Origin: Octopus sinensis
Lineage: Eukaryota
Direction of reading: 5' to 3'
NCBI RefSeq assembly: GCF_006345805.1
Contig: NC_042997.1
Span: 185,194,001-185,258,000 of the forward strand
Length of the DNA: 64,000 nt
In this document: positions 13,996 through 26,323 of the stretch, in pieces
How positions within the stretch are numbered: the stretch's first letter is position 1
How the letters are laid out: every line of letters starts with the position of its first letter
The notes under the pieces: model-generated
Told to the model about the DNA's origin: nothing
The model's database searches: none
What the model saw: only the letters and a program-made list of their open reading frames with translations
Translations under genes and position numbers: made by a program

Positions 13996-14191
13996 ATCTA
14001 AGAGATACCACCATGCTAGATATAGCAGCCAAAACTTGACTCTAAAACGACATTAAATGTTCATACAGCACCAGGAGAGAAGACAAAGAGACAAAATAAA
14101 CTGTTTTCCCACCTGGTGCTGTATGAACATTTAATATGGTTTTAGAGTTAAGTTTTGGCTGCTATATCTAGCATGGTGGTATCTCTTAGAT
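13996..14191. repeat. Inverted repeat with 80-bp arms and 36-bp spacer, between (AT)n tracts
   Basis: 13996-14075 versus 14112-14191; about 3 substitutions and no indels. Confidence 0.93.
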
Positions 14192-14221
14192 ACCATAAAT
14201 TATAATTATATATATATATAC

Positions 14222-14319
<98 letters not shown>

Positions 14320-14517
14320 TCCTACAGAAACGTATGTGGATAGATATCTATTTATACCCACGATATATTTATAGTTACACGTTGTGAATGTTGACATACA
14401 ATATCCTCTTTGGTCTTTACTATTAATACAATCTGTAATAAATAAAATCCGATAGATGGGATTTACACCCTGTTTAGAACAAGTTATATGTATGTATATG
14501 TATGTGTGTATATATAT

Positions 14518-14562
<45 letters not shown>

Positions 14563-14796
14563 TAAGCAATAAAGGGTTTAGCAACGAATTGCCTTACACA
14601 TACCGAATTTAGAAATAGCAGTCAAAGAGTTATAGCTATTTCTTCTACTAAAAAGGGAGATCTCAGTAAAAACAGCAATTGGAAGACAGACACAAACAGG
14701 TAAGAGAGAATGAATTGACGGCAATCTATCATACAATTTTAAGTTCTCTACGGACGCACATGTATATATATATATATATATATACATGCATATCAT

Positions 14797-14828
<32 letters not shown>

Positions 14829-16543
14829 ATATATATATGTGTATATATGTATATATACATATATATTCATATGTATATATATATATATATATACGTATGT
14901 TTGCATGTGTATGTAGATATGATTATGTAGAAATATGTGTTTGTGTATGTATATGTATACGATAATTAAACAATATATTTCAAGAACTATGTGAACACAG
15001 CCAAATCGAATGTCTTTTCCAATAAAAAGAAGATAAATCATGACAGCCAGTATGATATTACAGCAGGTGTTCTGTTTGATAAAACACTGACATACCGATG
15101 GATAAAAATATTTATCAAGCTACAAGAAGATTATTGAGGTTTAAATACAGTGTGGGGGTTCATGAACTTAAATTATGACTCCTGTTCTGGTTGTAAATAA
15201 GAAAGAATTGAACTGATTAGGTCACTACTATAGAGACCACAATGGAAGTATCAGTAAATACGTTAAGCCAAACTTCAACTGGTGTACTATATGATTCACA
15301 TGACTGAAACTTGTTTGAGAATTGCGTGCTTTTGTGGGCATGTGTATCTATACGTGTGTGTATGCGTATTTATATGTCTGTGATATCTACGATAGTTTTG
15401 AAAACATAATATAGTTTTGCATTCAACATCACAACTGTCAGAATCCGATCGATATGAAAAATAGTCTGTTCTTTTTATATTTATTCTTAATCTATAAGTG
15501 GTGCTGTCGATTTGAAATTCTTCTGGGTTGTTTGATATACCTCTAACAATTAGTATACCTCGCCAATTAATTTTTTATTTAATATTCCTCTCCACGAGTT
15601 AAATTGTGGACCTACGAGTTAATGTAGACCTACTTCGAGACAGTGAGGAGTTACATACAGAGTAATGTGTCCTTGACATACTAGTGTTAGGAAATGAGTG
15701 AATATGAGTGTGTGAGTATGTATATATCTATTCAGATTGTACGACTTATTATTTACCATCTTTTGAAGTTGTATTTGCGTGTTACCCTCTTCTTTTAAAC
15801 CGATGTTCCAAATTTATCCGTTAATGTAAAACCTAGCATTTTCTATTACTAATTAGCGAATGTATTCTAAAGCAGCTGATGTCGTCCTACCTTAAGAAAG
15901 CGATGAGCCAGGTCTGAATGTTGTGCAGCAAGTTCATTCTTTGCAGGATCTATCAACCGCATTTCTATGTTTACAAGAATATTTATATCTTTATTGTTCA
16001 ATATCTCCAAGGACCAGAATTGATGCCTGCTTATCCAGTTCGACATTCTACACGTCAATTTCCAAAATCCTTAGAATTCAGAAAAAAAATACAATACCAT
16101 AAAGAAAAATATATCAAATAATATATGGAAATAAGTGTCTGTTTCAAAAATAGTTCTAAATGGCTGAGAAACTAAGAAGAATCATTTTACATCGTCATGG
16201 GAAGGTAAAACAGTGGAGAAGAATTTATCACATACTCTATGTAAAAGAAAAACAAATACAGGAATCTCGGCATATAATTATAGAGAAATGAAGACTTTGA
16301 GGCATCATTAAGCACAACTGGCTGTACGTTAGACAAGTTTAGAAATGTCTTTGTCAAAATTGTCGTCACTGTAAAAAAAAATCATAATTAGCGCATTTTA
16401 TTTTAGAAACAAAACCAACAATTCTGAAAGGAGAAGATAAGGAAATATCATCGTCCCAGTTCTTGACTGGTACTTTCACCTTATCAAACCATGCGGGTCG
16501 GAAGTTGTTTTCAGTGGAATTTCGACTCAGAATGTACAGAGTA

Positions 16544-16644
16544 GGCGCAGGAGTGGCTGTGTGGTACCTTGGGTGTCTTCTACTATAGCCTCGGGCCGAC
16601 CAAAACCTTGTGAGTGGATTTTGTAGAGAGAAACTGAAAGAAGC

Positions 16645-16682
<38 letters not shown>

Positions 16683-16968
16683 TAATATATATATATATAT
16701 AAGAAGCCCGTCGTATATATATTACATATATATACGTGTGTGTGTGTGTGTATGTTTGTGTGTCTGTGTTTGTTCCGCGCAGCATCGCTTGACAACCGAT
16801 GCTGGTGTGTTTACGTCCTCTTAATCTAGCGGTTCTGCAAAAGAGACCAATAGAATAAGCACTAGGCTTACAAAGAATAAGTCCTGGGGTCGATTTGCTC
16901 GACTAAAGGCGTTACTCCAGCATGGCCGATGTCAAATGACTGAAACAAGTAAAAGAGCAACAGAGTAA
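16544..16968 (+). mobile_element. SINE family A with internal deletion of the B-box region
   Basis: GTGTGGTA|CCTTGG junction removes about 50 bp between similar GTGTGGTA/GCGTGGCA motifs. AAGAAGCCC is duplicated around the (TA)n. Confidence 0.88.
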
Positions 16969-17627
16969 GAATAATTATTGTACGGCATTAATTCCAAGGT
17001 TCTAATCATTCTTTTCTATATTTATTAGACTTTATGGTTTTGAAAAAATCTGAACGAGAATCTAGCGTACATAAAGACTGTAACGCCTACCAAATATATA
17101 TTTTTAGATAAATAATACAGTGATACAAAATATTTAATATCTCTTCATGTGCAGTAACTTTTAAAAAAGATGCTATTATTTAGAACTACGTATTTGTAAG
17201 AAGCGAGCTTACAAAATAATATTGGCTTTAATTTGACAAATGGACAGAGAAACAAACACATGAAAAGAACACTATCTGTTTTAATAATAAGTACAGTAAT
17301 GTTTGCATACTGAATATGATTTCCTTTGTTCAAACTAGAAGTTCGAAATATAATACTGTCTGTATGGTTGCATGTGTGTGTGCGTGTGTATGTGTGTGTG
17401 TGAGTGTGTGTTTGTGCTTGTACGGCATTAGATCTCTGAGTATCAATATATAAAATATATATTATATATATATATATATATATTTATATATAGAGGGCAT
17501 TATACATACATGCCAGGAGGCATTCTACATACCGCCATACGCTAAGAGGGACAATCAGTCATTTTACCAAAAATATTACTAATCCCACCGAATGCAATTT
17601 TTCAAAGAAAGACATTTAAAAATATAT

Positions 17628-17675
17628 AGACCTGTATCACAGTGATTTCATACTTACGTAATCATCAGCAGGGCT
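17628..17675 (-). ncRNA. Type I hammerhead ribozyme motif, copy 1
   Basis: Minus strand AGCCCTG-CTGATGA-TTACGTAAGTAT-GAAA-TCACTGTGAT-A-CAGGTCT. One substitution in stem I. Confidence 0.72.
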
Positions 17676-18107
17676 GAATTACCATAAATTAAACAACGAC
17701 CCCGCTTCGCTTAAGCCGATCAGCTAACTGATCAACATCAACGAGGCACATGGTTGAGTTTTATATATACTATATCCGGATGAATGGCAAACTTTTACGA
17801 ATTGCATTTCGGGAGAGGAAAAGTTTTTTCGGAATAAAAATTTAGCAATTAAGGACAACTACTTAATAAGGAAAACTAACAAGAAATTGTCAGGTAGATA
17901 GCGTAAAAACCTCATAAGAGAAAAATTTCGAAAATAATTATTTCTTATTGAACATATTAATTTATATATAGAGGGCATTATACATACATGCCAGGAGGCA
18001 TTCTACATACACGCCATACGCTAAGAGGGACAATCAGTCATTTCTACCAAAAATATTACTAATCCCACCGAATGCAATTTTTCAAAGAAAGACATTTAAA
18101 AATATAT

Positions 18108-18154
18108 AGACCTGTATCACAGTGATTTCATACTTACGTAATCATCAGCAGGCT
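18108..18154 (-). ncRNA. Type I hammerhead ribozyme motif, copy 2
   Basis: Same motif on the minus strand, with one G missing in the distal part of stem I. Confidence 0.72.
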
Positions 18155-18288
18155 GAATATACCATAAATAAACAACGACCCCGCTTCGCTTAAGCCGATC
18201 AGCTAACTGATCAACATCATCGTTGATGTTGATCAGTTAGCTGATCGGCTTAAGCGAAGCGGGGTCGTTGTTTATTTATGGTATATTC

Positions 18289-18336
18289 AGGCCTGCTGAT
18301 GATTACGTAAGTATGAAATCACTGTGATACAGGTCT
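18289..18336 (+). ncRNA. Type I hammerhead ribozyme motif, copy 3
   Basis: Stem I AGGCCUG/CAGGUCU (7 bp, one G-U). Core CUGAUGA 18296-18302. Stem II UAC-GUAA-GUA closed by U.U. GAAA 18315-18318. Stem III AUCA-CUG-UGAU. AUA cleavage triplet 18327-18329. Confidence 0.8.
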
Positions 18337-18761
18337 ATATATTTTTAAATGTCTTTCTTTGAAAAATTGCATCGGTGGGATTAGTAATATTTTTGGTAGA
18401 AATGACTGATTGTCCCTCTTAGCGTATGGCGTGTATGTAGAATGCCTCCTGGCATGTATGTAATGCCCTCTATATATAAATTAATATGTTCAATAAGAAA
18501 TAATTATTTTCGAAATTTTTTCTCTTATGAGGTTTTTACGCTATCTACCTGACAATTTCTTGTTAAGTTTTCCTTATTAAGTAGTTGTCCTTAATTGCTA
18601 AATTTTATTCCGAAAAAACTTTTCCTCTCCCGAAATGCATTCGTAAAAGTTTGCCATTCATCCGGATATAGATAATAAACTCAACCATGTGCCTCGTTGA
18701 TGTTGATCAGTTAGCTGATCGGCTTAAGCGAGCGGGGTCGTTGTTTATTTATGGTATATTC

Positions 18762-18809
18762 AGGCCTGCTGATGATTACGTAAGTATGAAATCACTGTGA
18801 TACAGGTCT
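18762..18809 (+). ncRNA. Type I hammerhead ribozyme motif, copy 4
   Basis: Identical to copy 3; predicted cleavage after 18802, 473 nt downstream of copy 3. Confidence 0.8.
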
Positions 18810-19235
18810 ATATATTTTTAAATGTCTTTCTTTGAAAAATTGCATTCGGGGATTAGTAATATTTTTGGTAGAAATGACTGATTGTCCTCTTAGCGTATGG
18901 CGTGTATGTAGAATGCCTCCTGGCATGTATGTATAATGCCCTCTATATATAAATTAATATGTTCAATAAGAAATAATTATTTTCGAAATTTTTTCTCTTA
19001 TGAGGTTTTTACGCTATCTACCTGACAATTTCTTGTTAAGTTTTCCTTATTAGTAGTTGTCCTTAATTGCTAAATTTTATTCCGAAAAAACTTTTCTCCC
19101 CGAAATGCAATTCGTAAAAGTTTGCCATTCATCCGGATATAGTATATATAAACTCAACCATGTGCCTCGTTGATGTTGATCAGTTAGCTGATCGGCTTAA
19201 GCGAAGCGGGGTCGTTGTTTATTTATGGTATATTC

Positions 19236-19286
19236 AGGCCTGCTGATGATTACGTACGTAGTATGAAATCACTGTGATACAGGTCT
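19236..19286 (+). ncRNA. Type I hammerhead ribozyme motif, copy 5
   Basis: As copy 3 but with a 3-nt longer stem II region (TTACGTACGTAGTAT); predicted cleavage after 19279. Confidence 0.75.
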
Positions 19287-19554
19287 ATATATTTTTAAAT
19301 GTCTTTCTTTGAAAAATTGCATTCGGGGGTTGATTAGTAATATTTTTGGTAGAAATGACTGATTGTCCCTCTTAGCGTATGGCGTGTATGTAGAATGCCT
19401 CCTGGCATGTATGTATAATGCCCTCTATATATAAATTAATATGTTCAATAAGAAATAATTATTTTCGAAATTTTTTCTCTTATGAGGTTTTTACGCTATC
19501 TACCTGACAATTTCTTGTTAAGTTTTCCTTATTAAGTAGTTGTCCTTAATTGCT

Positions 19555-19759
19555 ATATATATATATATATAATATATATATATATTATATATTATTATAT
19601 ATATATATATAATTATATATATAATATATATATATATATATTACATATATATATTATATATATATATATGTATATATATATATTATATATATATTATATA
19701 TATATATATAATATATATTATATATATATATATATATATGTGTGTATATATATAATATG

Positions 19760-19805
<46 letters not shown>

Positions 19806-19817
19806 ATATATATGTAT
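19555..19817. repeat. Irregular (TA)n tract
   Basis: Directly visible; frequent phase breaks. Confidence 0.95.
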
Positions 19818-20565
19818 ATGAATAAGAATAAAAATCTATTCTATTGTTATTTAATTTCGTTTCGTCTTTCATCACCGCGAAATTTCAATTCACAACTAAT
19901 CATAATTTGTAAGAAACAAATGAGGGCTGCGGGGGAAAAATATATATAGTTCTCTTCACCTCCTTTATTCAACACCTATCAGCAAATCAAATCCACCCCC
20001 GTCAGCGTTGTTGTTGAATTCTGTTGAATTACAAAGTTGTTGAATCACAATAGCTCTTGACCTTGAGAAATTTTGGCAAAAGTTTCCTTCCTCAAGAGAC
20101 TTTCAAAGCACTTGGCAATATCTTGCTGAAATATTAAAAGCTTGGCAGTACATCATATTCATCGCGGAGGGGTAGGGCTGGAAATTGATTCAATTTTCTA
20201 TTCCAAGAGAATCAGGTCGACCTAAAATGTTAATAATGATTGTTGTAACAGAATTTCTACTTTGCCAGGCCGGCAAATTAATGCAGTATTTCGACGATAT
20301 CGTAGTATTATGATAATGCTAGAAATAGTAATATTAATCGTACTGGTAGTAGTAGTAGTGGTAATAGTAGAGTTCATTTTAGTTGTGGAAGTAATTAGTA
20401 CTCGTAAGAGAATAAGTAGCAGATATCAAACAAGCCATTACTATTACTTGTAGTACTACTGCTGCTCCTCCACCTGTTACTACTGCTACTACTACTACTA
20501 CTACTAACTACTACTACTACTACTACTAGTAGTAGTAATAATAATAGTAATGATGATGATAATGA

Positions 20566-20751
20566 TTTAAAATTTTGCCACAATGTCAGCCAATTTGGGG
20601 TAGGGGATGTGTCGATTACATCGACCTCAGTGCTCAGCTGGTACTTAATTTATCGACTCCGAAAGGATGAAAGGCAAAGTCGACCTCGGCAGAATTTGAA
20701 CTAAGAATGTAGCGACGGGTGAAACAGCGCTAAGCATCTAACCCGGCGTGC
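20566..20751 (-). mobile_element. SINE family C
   Basis: Reverse complement of the family core GTTCAAATTCCGCCGAGGTCGACTTTGCCTTTCATCCTTTCGGGGTCGATAAATTAAGTACCAG, seen about 15 times in the window. Confidence 0.85.
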
Positions 20752-21286
20752 CAGGCAGTAGCTCTCATGTCTCCTGATCTTAACTGATGGAAGTCTTATC
20801 AGGTACAGTCTTTTGTCTTGGTATAAAAGATGGACAACAGCAAATATTCTGTTCAATACCACAGATTTGCTTGTCAGTAGTTTGACCTTAATCAGTTGAG
20901 CATGTCCCTTAGTGGTTACTGATATGTGAATCTCTGATCATGAGCAGGAATGGGGGAGCATCACTGCCATGTGCTGAGAAGAATTCTTTGGATTTTGAAT
21001 AATTCACCTCTAGAAACATGGTTGATTCGTTCAACATCCTTAAAAAATCCTTATTCAGGGACCTTTTGAGCGGGATGGGATACTCATCCTGATGAAAATT
21101 GTAACTGGGCCCCACATGCAAGGTCATTCGCTGTTTATCTTTATATGAGGTCACCATGTCGCGCACATATGGTTGTGATGCATGTGCCTGGTGTAGCCTT
21201 ATCGGATGTGTAGTCATGATGGGTATACTGGGCTTCGTATATTTCACTCCAGAGTGACTTTGATGGTATGCAGGTATGTCTCACTC

Positions 21287-21366
<80 letters not shown>

Positions 21367-21372
21367 CAAATT
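20752..21372 (+). mobile_element. Non-coding retroposed fragment ending in an (AAT)n/(GAT)n tail (LINE 3'-UTR-like)
   Basis: Higher-GC segment that ends abruptly at CTCACTC followed by (AAT)n, as for the Dong-type tail at 24078. Family assignment is inference. Confidence 0.4.
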
Positions 21373-21505
21373 TTGGCACTAGGCAAGCAATTTCGGGTGA
21401 GTGGTTAAGTCGATTTTATTGCCCTAGTGTTCAACTGGTACTTATCTTATCGACCCCGAAAACATTGAAGGCAAAGTTGTATTCGGTGGGAGTTGAACTT
21501 AGAAA
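21362..21505 (-). mobile_element. SINE family C, degenerate
   Basis: TTATCGACCCCGAAA..GAAGGCAAAGTTG..GAGTTGAACTTAGAA. Confidence 0.7.
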
Positions 21506-21758
21506 GTCAACCTACGGAACCTATATCGTATGATATTTTGTCTGACACCCAAATTACAAAGAAATGATAACGCTAAATATAAGTAGTGTGTCAAACGCTT
21601 CAAATGATGTCGCCGAAATCAAAGAATACTTGAAACAAAAGTTCGTCGCTAAACCACAAAGAATCGGTCGTTATAAAAGGTGGATATAATTCTTTGAATT
21701 GCAGCCCCCAAGGATATTATGAAGAATTAAGTATAATCGGAGCAAATCAATGCAGAAC

Positions 21759-22172
21759 AAGGAGTGGCTGTGTGGTAAGTAGCTTGCTAACCAACCACAT
21801 GGTCCCGGGTTCAGTCCCACTGCGTGGCATCTTGGGCAAGTGTCTTCGACTATAGCCCCGGGCCGACCAATGCCTTGTGAGTGGATTTGGTAGACGGAAA
21901 CTGAAAGAAGCCTGTCGTATATATGTATATATATATATATGTATGTATGTATGTATGTTTTTGTGTGTCTGCTGTGTTTGTCCCCCTAGCATTGCTTGAC
22001 AACCGATGCTGGTGTGTTTACGTCCCCGTAACTTAGCGGTTCGGCAAAAGAGACCGATAGATTAAGTACTGGGCTTACAAAGAATAAGTCCCGGGGTCGA
22101 GTTGCTCGACTAAAGGCAGTGCTCCAGCATGGCCGCAGTCATAATGACTGAAACAAGTAAAAGAAAGAAAGA
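21759..22172 (+). mobile_element. SINE family A
   Basis: Full head, internal (TA)/(TATG) tract and tail. Confidence 0.9.
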
Positions 22173-22473
22173 AACAGTAACAGAAATGGAATAATTCTTG
22201 TTGGGGAAGCATGGACAGCAAAGAAGATTGTTCAAAACAACTAGCAGAGCGTCTGAAAAAGTTAGCAGAGGCATAACAACAAAAAAAGTAGTCCAGATAC
22301 AGCAAAAGATAAAAGAAGACTAAGTAACATCACGCCATTATGAGTTTAAATTTCCTTGGTTAAAAGAATTTAACAGGGCAGTGTTGCTTAATAACATGCG
22401 GACGGAGTTGGAAACAATACTTGTATCTCTCAAAAGAAAAACATAATCAATCCCCATAAAAAATTATTCGAGC

Positions 22474-22517
<44 letters not shown>

Positions 22518-22537
22518 TAATAATAATAATATAATAT

Positions 22538-22649
22538 ATTGAGTTTGGTTTAATGGCCTACCAATGTATACTATGAGTTTCTTTGCCCTAGGAGTCGGGA
22601 AGACACTCGGCAAGAAATGGAAGCAAATTTGAAAGAAGAAAAAAAAAGT
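22538..22649 (+). mobile_element. Short insert between (AAT)n tracts, probable LINE 3' tail
   Basis: Unique ~110 bp flanked on both sides by (AAT)n, ending in an A-rich run. Confidence 0.4.
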
Positions 22650-23577
22650 AATAATAATAATAATAATAATGATGATAATAATAGTAATAATAATAATAAT
22701 GATAATGATAATAATAATACAAGGAATAGTTGAAGAGTTAAAATGTTTAGATACTAGTCATCATATCATACTTCCTGTTTCCCTGGGCTTTGGGGCGGAA
22801 AACCTTATTGTACGTTTATTTCAATTTATGAAGATGTCAAAAAATAAGCAACAGATCAACCGATATATATTCATCAGAACTCTCGACCTGTTTTGCCATT
22901 GTATATGGACTATACATTTTTGTGTAATAGCTCGTGGAAGCATCATCCTAATGTACAGTAAATACATCAATTACAAGGAGTCCATCGCTCAGTGGTCATG
23001 TTCGACCAAAGGAAATTCCCCGCACTAAACATTGTCTATTATTCTCTTATGACAAGCCTAGCTATTTTCTAATACATCAGCAATGGCTTTAGAATATTGT
23101 TGACCCAAAGATCAACAAAACCCGAACTATTATTTCTTCGTTATTCCAGAAATGCATGGTTTCGTTGTACAGTGACACTAAACATTGTTTATGTAGACAG
23201 TTTTGACTTGTTAGAGATTCCTATCTACTTTATACATACATGCCTGTTATATATTATTAGTCGCGTAGCATCAGTTTTTTTCTTGTAAGAACAGCAATCA
23301 AGTAACATATTGCTTTTTCTTTCTTTTTTTGGCGTTGTGTTTCAGATAGGTTGTTCTGCAATTCTTCGTTCGCTTTTGTGTTTCTCACTCCCTTCCTCCT
23401 TCAGCCGTATCGTTTGATTTACAAGAACTGAGGTCAATAATTCAGATTACTCTGGGAACATGATAGTTACCTTATAATTCTTTGCGAGGAACACGGTAGG
23501 AAAAAAATTAAGGCTGATAACGAAAGTAAAAACAAAAACATCTTACTCCTTTACTTATTGCTACTTCTGCTACTGTC

Positions 23578-23614
<37 letters not shown>

Positions 23615-23675
23615 TAATAATAATAATAATAAAATAATAATAATAATGATGATAATAAAAATGATGATGATGATG

Positions 23676-23730
<55 letters not shown>

Positions 23731-23750
23731 GAAGAAGAAGAAGAAGAAGA

Positions 23751-24078
23751 AGAAGAAATGGAGAAACTTTCAAAATACAAAGACCTGGAAATAGAGGTAA
23801 CTAGAATGTGGAATCTAAAAACAGAAGCAATTCCTATCATAGTAGATGCATTAGGTATGATAAAAACATATTCAGACAAATACATAATAAAAAACACCAG
23901 GACTTACAAACACATATAACATACAGAAAATTGCACTACTAGGCACTGCACACATCCTACGCAGAACACTTTCAATACAGGAACCATCAGAGCATCACAA
24001 AAAATCACAGCACATACCCAAGGCACACAGAGCTGCGCTCGGTAGTGAAGTGAAAGCACGCTATAAAAATATAACTAC
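23751..24078 (+). mobile_element. R4/Dong-type LINE 3' end inside an (AAT)n microsatellite
   Basis: EMEKLSKYKDLEIEVTRMWNLKTEAIPIIVDALGMI..IQKIALLGTAHILRRTLSIQ plus a short 3' UTR. (AAT)n lies upstream (from 23579) and downstream (24079-24305). Confidence 0.9.
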
Positions 24079-24154
24079 TGAATAATAATAATAATAATAT
24101 ATAATAATAATAATAATAATAATAGTAATAATAATAATAATATAATAATAATAA

Positions 24155-24188
<34 letters not shown>

Positions 24189-24199
24189 TAGTAATAATA

Positions 24200-24237
<38 letters not shown>

Positions 24238-24261
24238 GTAATAATAATAATAATAATAATA

Positions 24262-24305
<44 letters not shown>

Positions 24306-24639
24306 TGTGCAAAATAAAACAAGAAGAGAAAATTAGAAAGAAAAACACTAACTCTACCCATTAAATCTAACATGATCTCTGATGTTATTAAAACAAAAGA
24401 AATAGCTTAATTCCTTCTTTTGCTTGTGACATGCTCAATCGTTCCTATTATGTTACCTTTTAACATTTCTAACGGGGTTAAAAGATCCGAAAGAGATACT
24501 ATAATTTTCCATTGGCGGCAGCGGGCTTGGAATCTTAATAATAATGGCAGATTCTTAAAGAACTTATCATCATCATCCTGATTAGTTCGAGTGTTCAACA
24601 CCATTACCGCTATCGCTATTGTGGGGATTACCATCTTTT

Positions 24640-25700
24640 TTCCACGGCATCAGTCTCACCTCGTGACAAAGTACTTGTTTTACGATTGGACCGCTTTTCC
24701 TTTTCTGATCGCTCGATCCGAGTCCATCAAGCGATAAACACCATCATCATTGTCGTCGTCGTCGTCACCATCATCATCATCATCATCATCATAATCCGCA
24801 TCCTCATCCTCATCATCATTTTTTCAACACAAATTTGCTGTGGTGGTAGTGGAAGTGTTCCTCGTTTTGATGGAAGGCTCAGAAACAGCGAAATTCCCTT
24901 AAAATGATGAAGCCAAGAAGACCTCCACAGCAAATTTAAGGAGTGACGAACTTCTACTCATACCCATTACTCTTGGGCGTAGGGTTGTAAAAATAGAAAT
25001 TGTCGGAGCCAATAAAAATTGGCGGCAATCTTCTTCAATCAGTAAGTGTTCAACTTAGAGAAGAAAACTAATATTCTGCAGGTCCAGAGGTTACAGAAAC
25101 ATGAATGCTCAGGGTCATGGAATGGAGATATTAATCCAAACGAATTGTCATAGCATGGAATCCATCCCAGATCTAATCAGTGTATACAACGGCAGAAAGC
25201 TTTACGTTGGGTGCATATGGTCGACGTGTCACTTGTGTGGTAAAGCGAATCATCCCAGAGCTTTCTCTATACAGCCAAACGTAGAGACGTATACCATCGC
25301 TTCTTTTGACACCATCAAGACAATCGCAACAAGACCAGAAGCCAACGACGGGAACGACAACATCAATGACAATAACTGTAAAACCAGATCCGCGAAAAAA
25401 GTAGTAATAGTTACAAAAGCAACGACACCAGATGCAGCACCTACAAGACTGGAAAATGTACTTACAGCAATACGAGCTGGAAACAGCAGCAACAAACATA
25501 ATAGGAAATACTCTGTATCAAAAAGAGTAGCAACAACATCAGCATATAACTCCCACAATAACAACAACTATATCAGCGACAGAACAATAGCAAAACTTTC
25601 GCAAGACAAGCCTCTCTTCCATTTACGCCTCACAAACATGTGTGTGGCGTCGGTGATTGTGAGGAACCTATAAGCAACAACGAATAAAGAAAGTAAAAGA
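24640..25700 (+). mobile_element. Decayed retroelement gag/ORF1-like region with CCHC-like knuckle
   Basis: ELLLIPITLGRRVVKIEI..GHGMEILIQ..IPDLISVYNGRKLYV..TCHLCGKANHPRAF, followed by a T/N-rich tail. Confidence 0.5.
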
Positions 25701-26323
25701 AACATATACATGCCAACCGAAAAAGCTGGAAGATGTGAACAAATGGAGTAGGTGGCTTTAAGAAACGATGCACCAACACGTCTTCCAACAGTAGACATTA
25801 AACTTGTGTTTTATCAACACAACTTTCCCCATTATTACCACAGATGCTCTCACAAGCACCATCATCATAAGCAAATGCACAGACGTCAAATTCACACACA
25901 ACCAAACAAACACTAATGCTAGAAGTCAGAATTCTCTAATATGAACAAACATGTCATTAACCACACAACCACAAACGCAAGAAAAATCAACAAAAAGCAA
26001 AAAACGCAAGGAATGACGTACAGCAAAATGCATCACATTAACGAATAACATTAACACACACATAGAAACTATTCAAATATGGCAACAACATACATACAAC
26101 ATTTAAATATATCTCTTCTAAATATACTCATTCGTGAACTACTACTGGAGACGTTGAGGGGCACTCCACGCAAACTAGGATGTTTAGCGGCATTTCGCCC
26201 ATCTTTATGTTCCGAGTTCAAATTCCAGTGAGGTCGACTTTGCTTTTCATCCTTTCCGTGTCGATAAAATAAATACTAGTAGAGCAATGGTGTCAATGTA
26301 TTCCCCTTCTCTAAAATTGGTGG

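Larger units (their letters stand above)
17483..19554. repeat. Tandem/inverted array of a ~475-bp non-coding unit carrying a hammerhead ribozyme (retrozyme/Penelope pseudo-LTR-like)
   Basis: About 1.5 units in one orientation (17483-18219), then 2.8 units inverted (18220-18693, 18694-19166, 19167-19554). Both ends abut (TA)n. Confidence 0.92.

Noticed and set aside
19145-19185. TATATAAA plus TCAGTT as a promoter in the hammerhead unit
   Set aside because: The spacing is about 37 nt, longer than canonical, and TATA-like words are common in this AT-rich DNA.
17483-19554. CRISPR-like or satellite interpretation of the array
   Set aside because: The units are wholly repeated with no unique spacers, there are no cas genes, and the context is eukaryotic.
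21089-21130. CTGATGA core
   Set aside because: No downstream stem II or GAAA.
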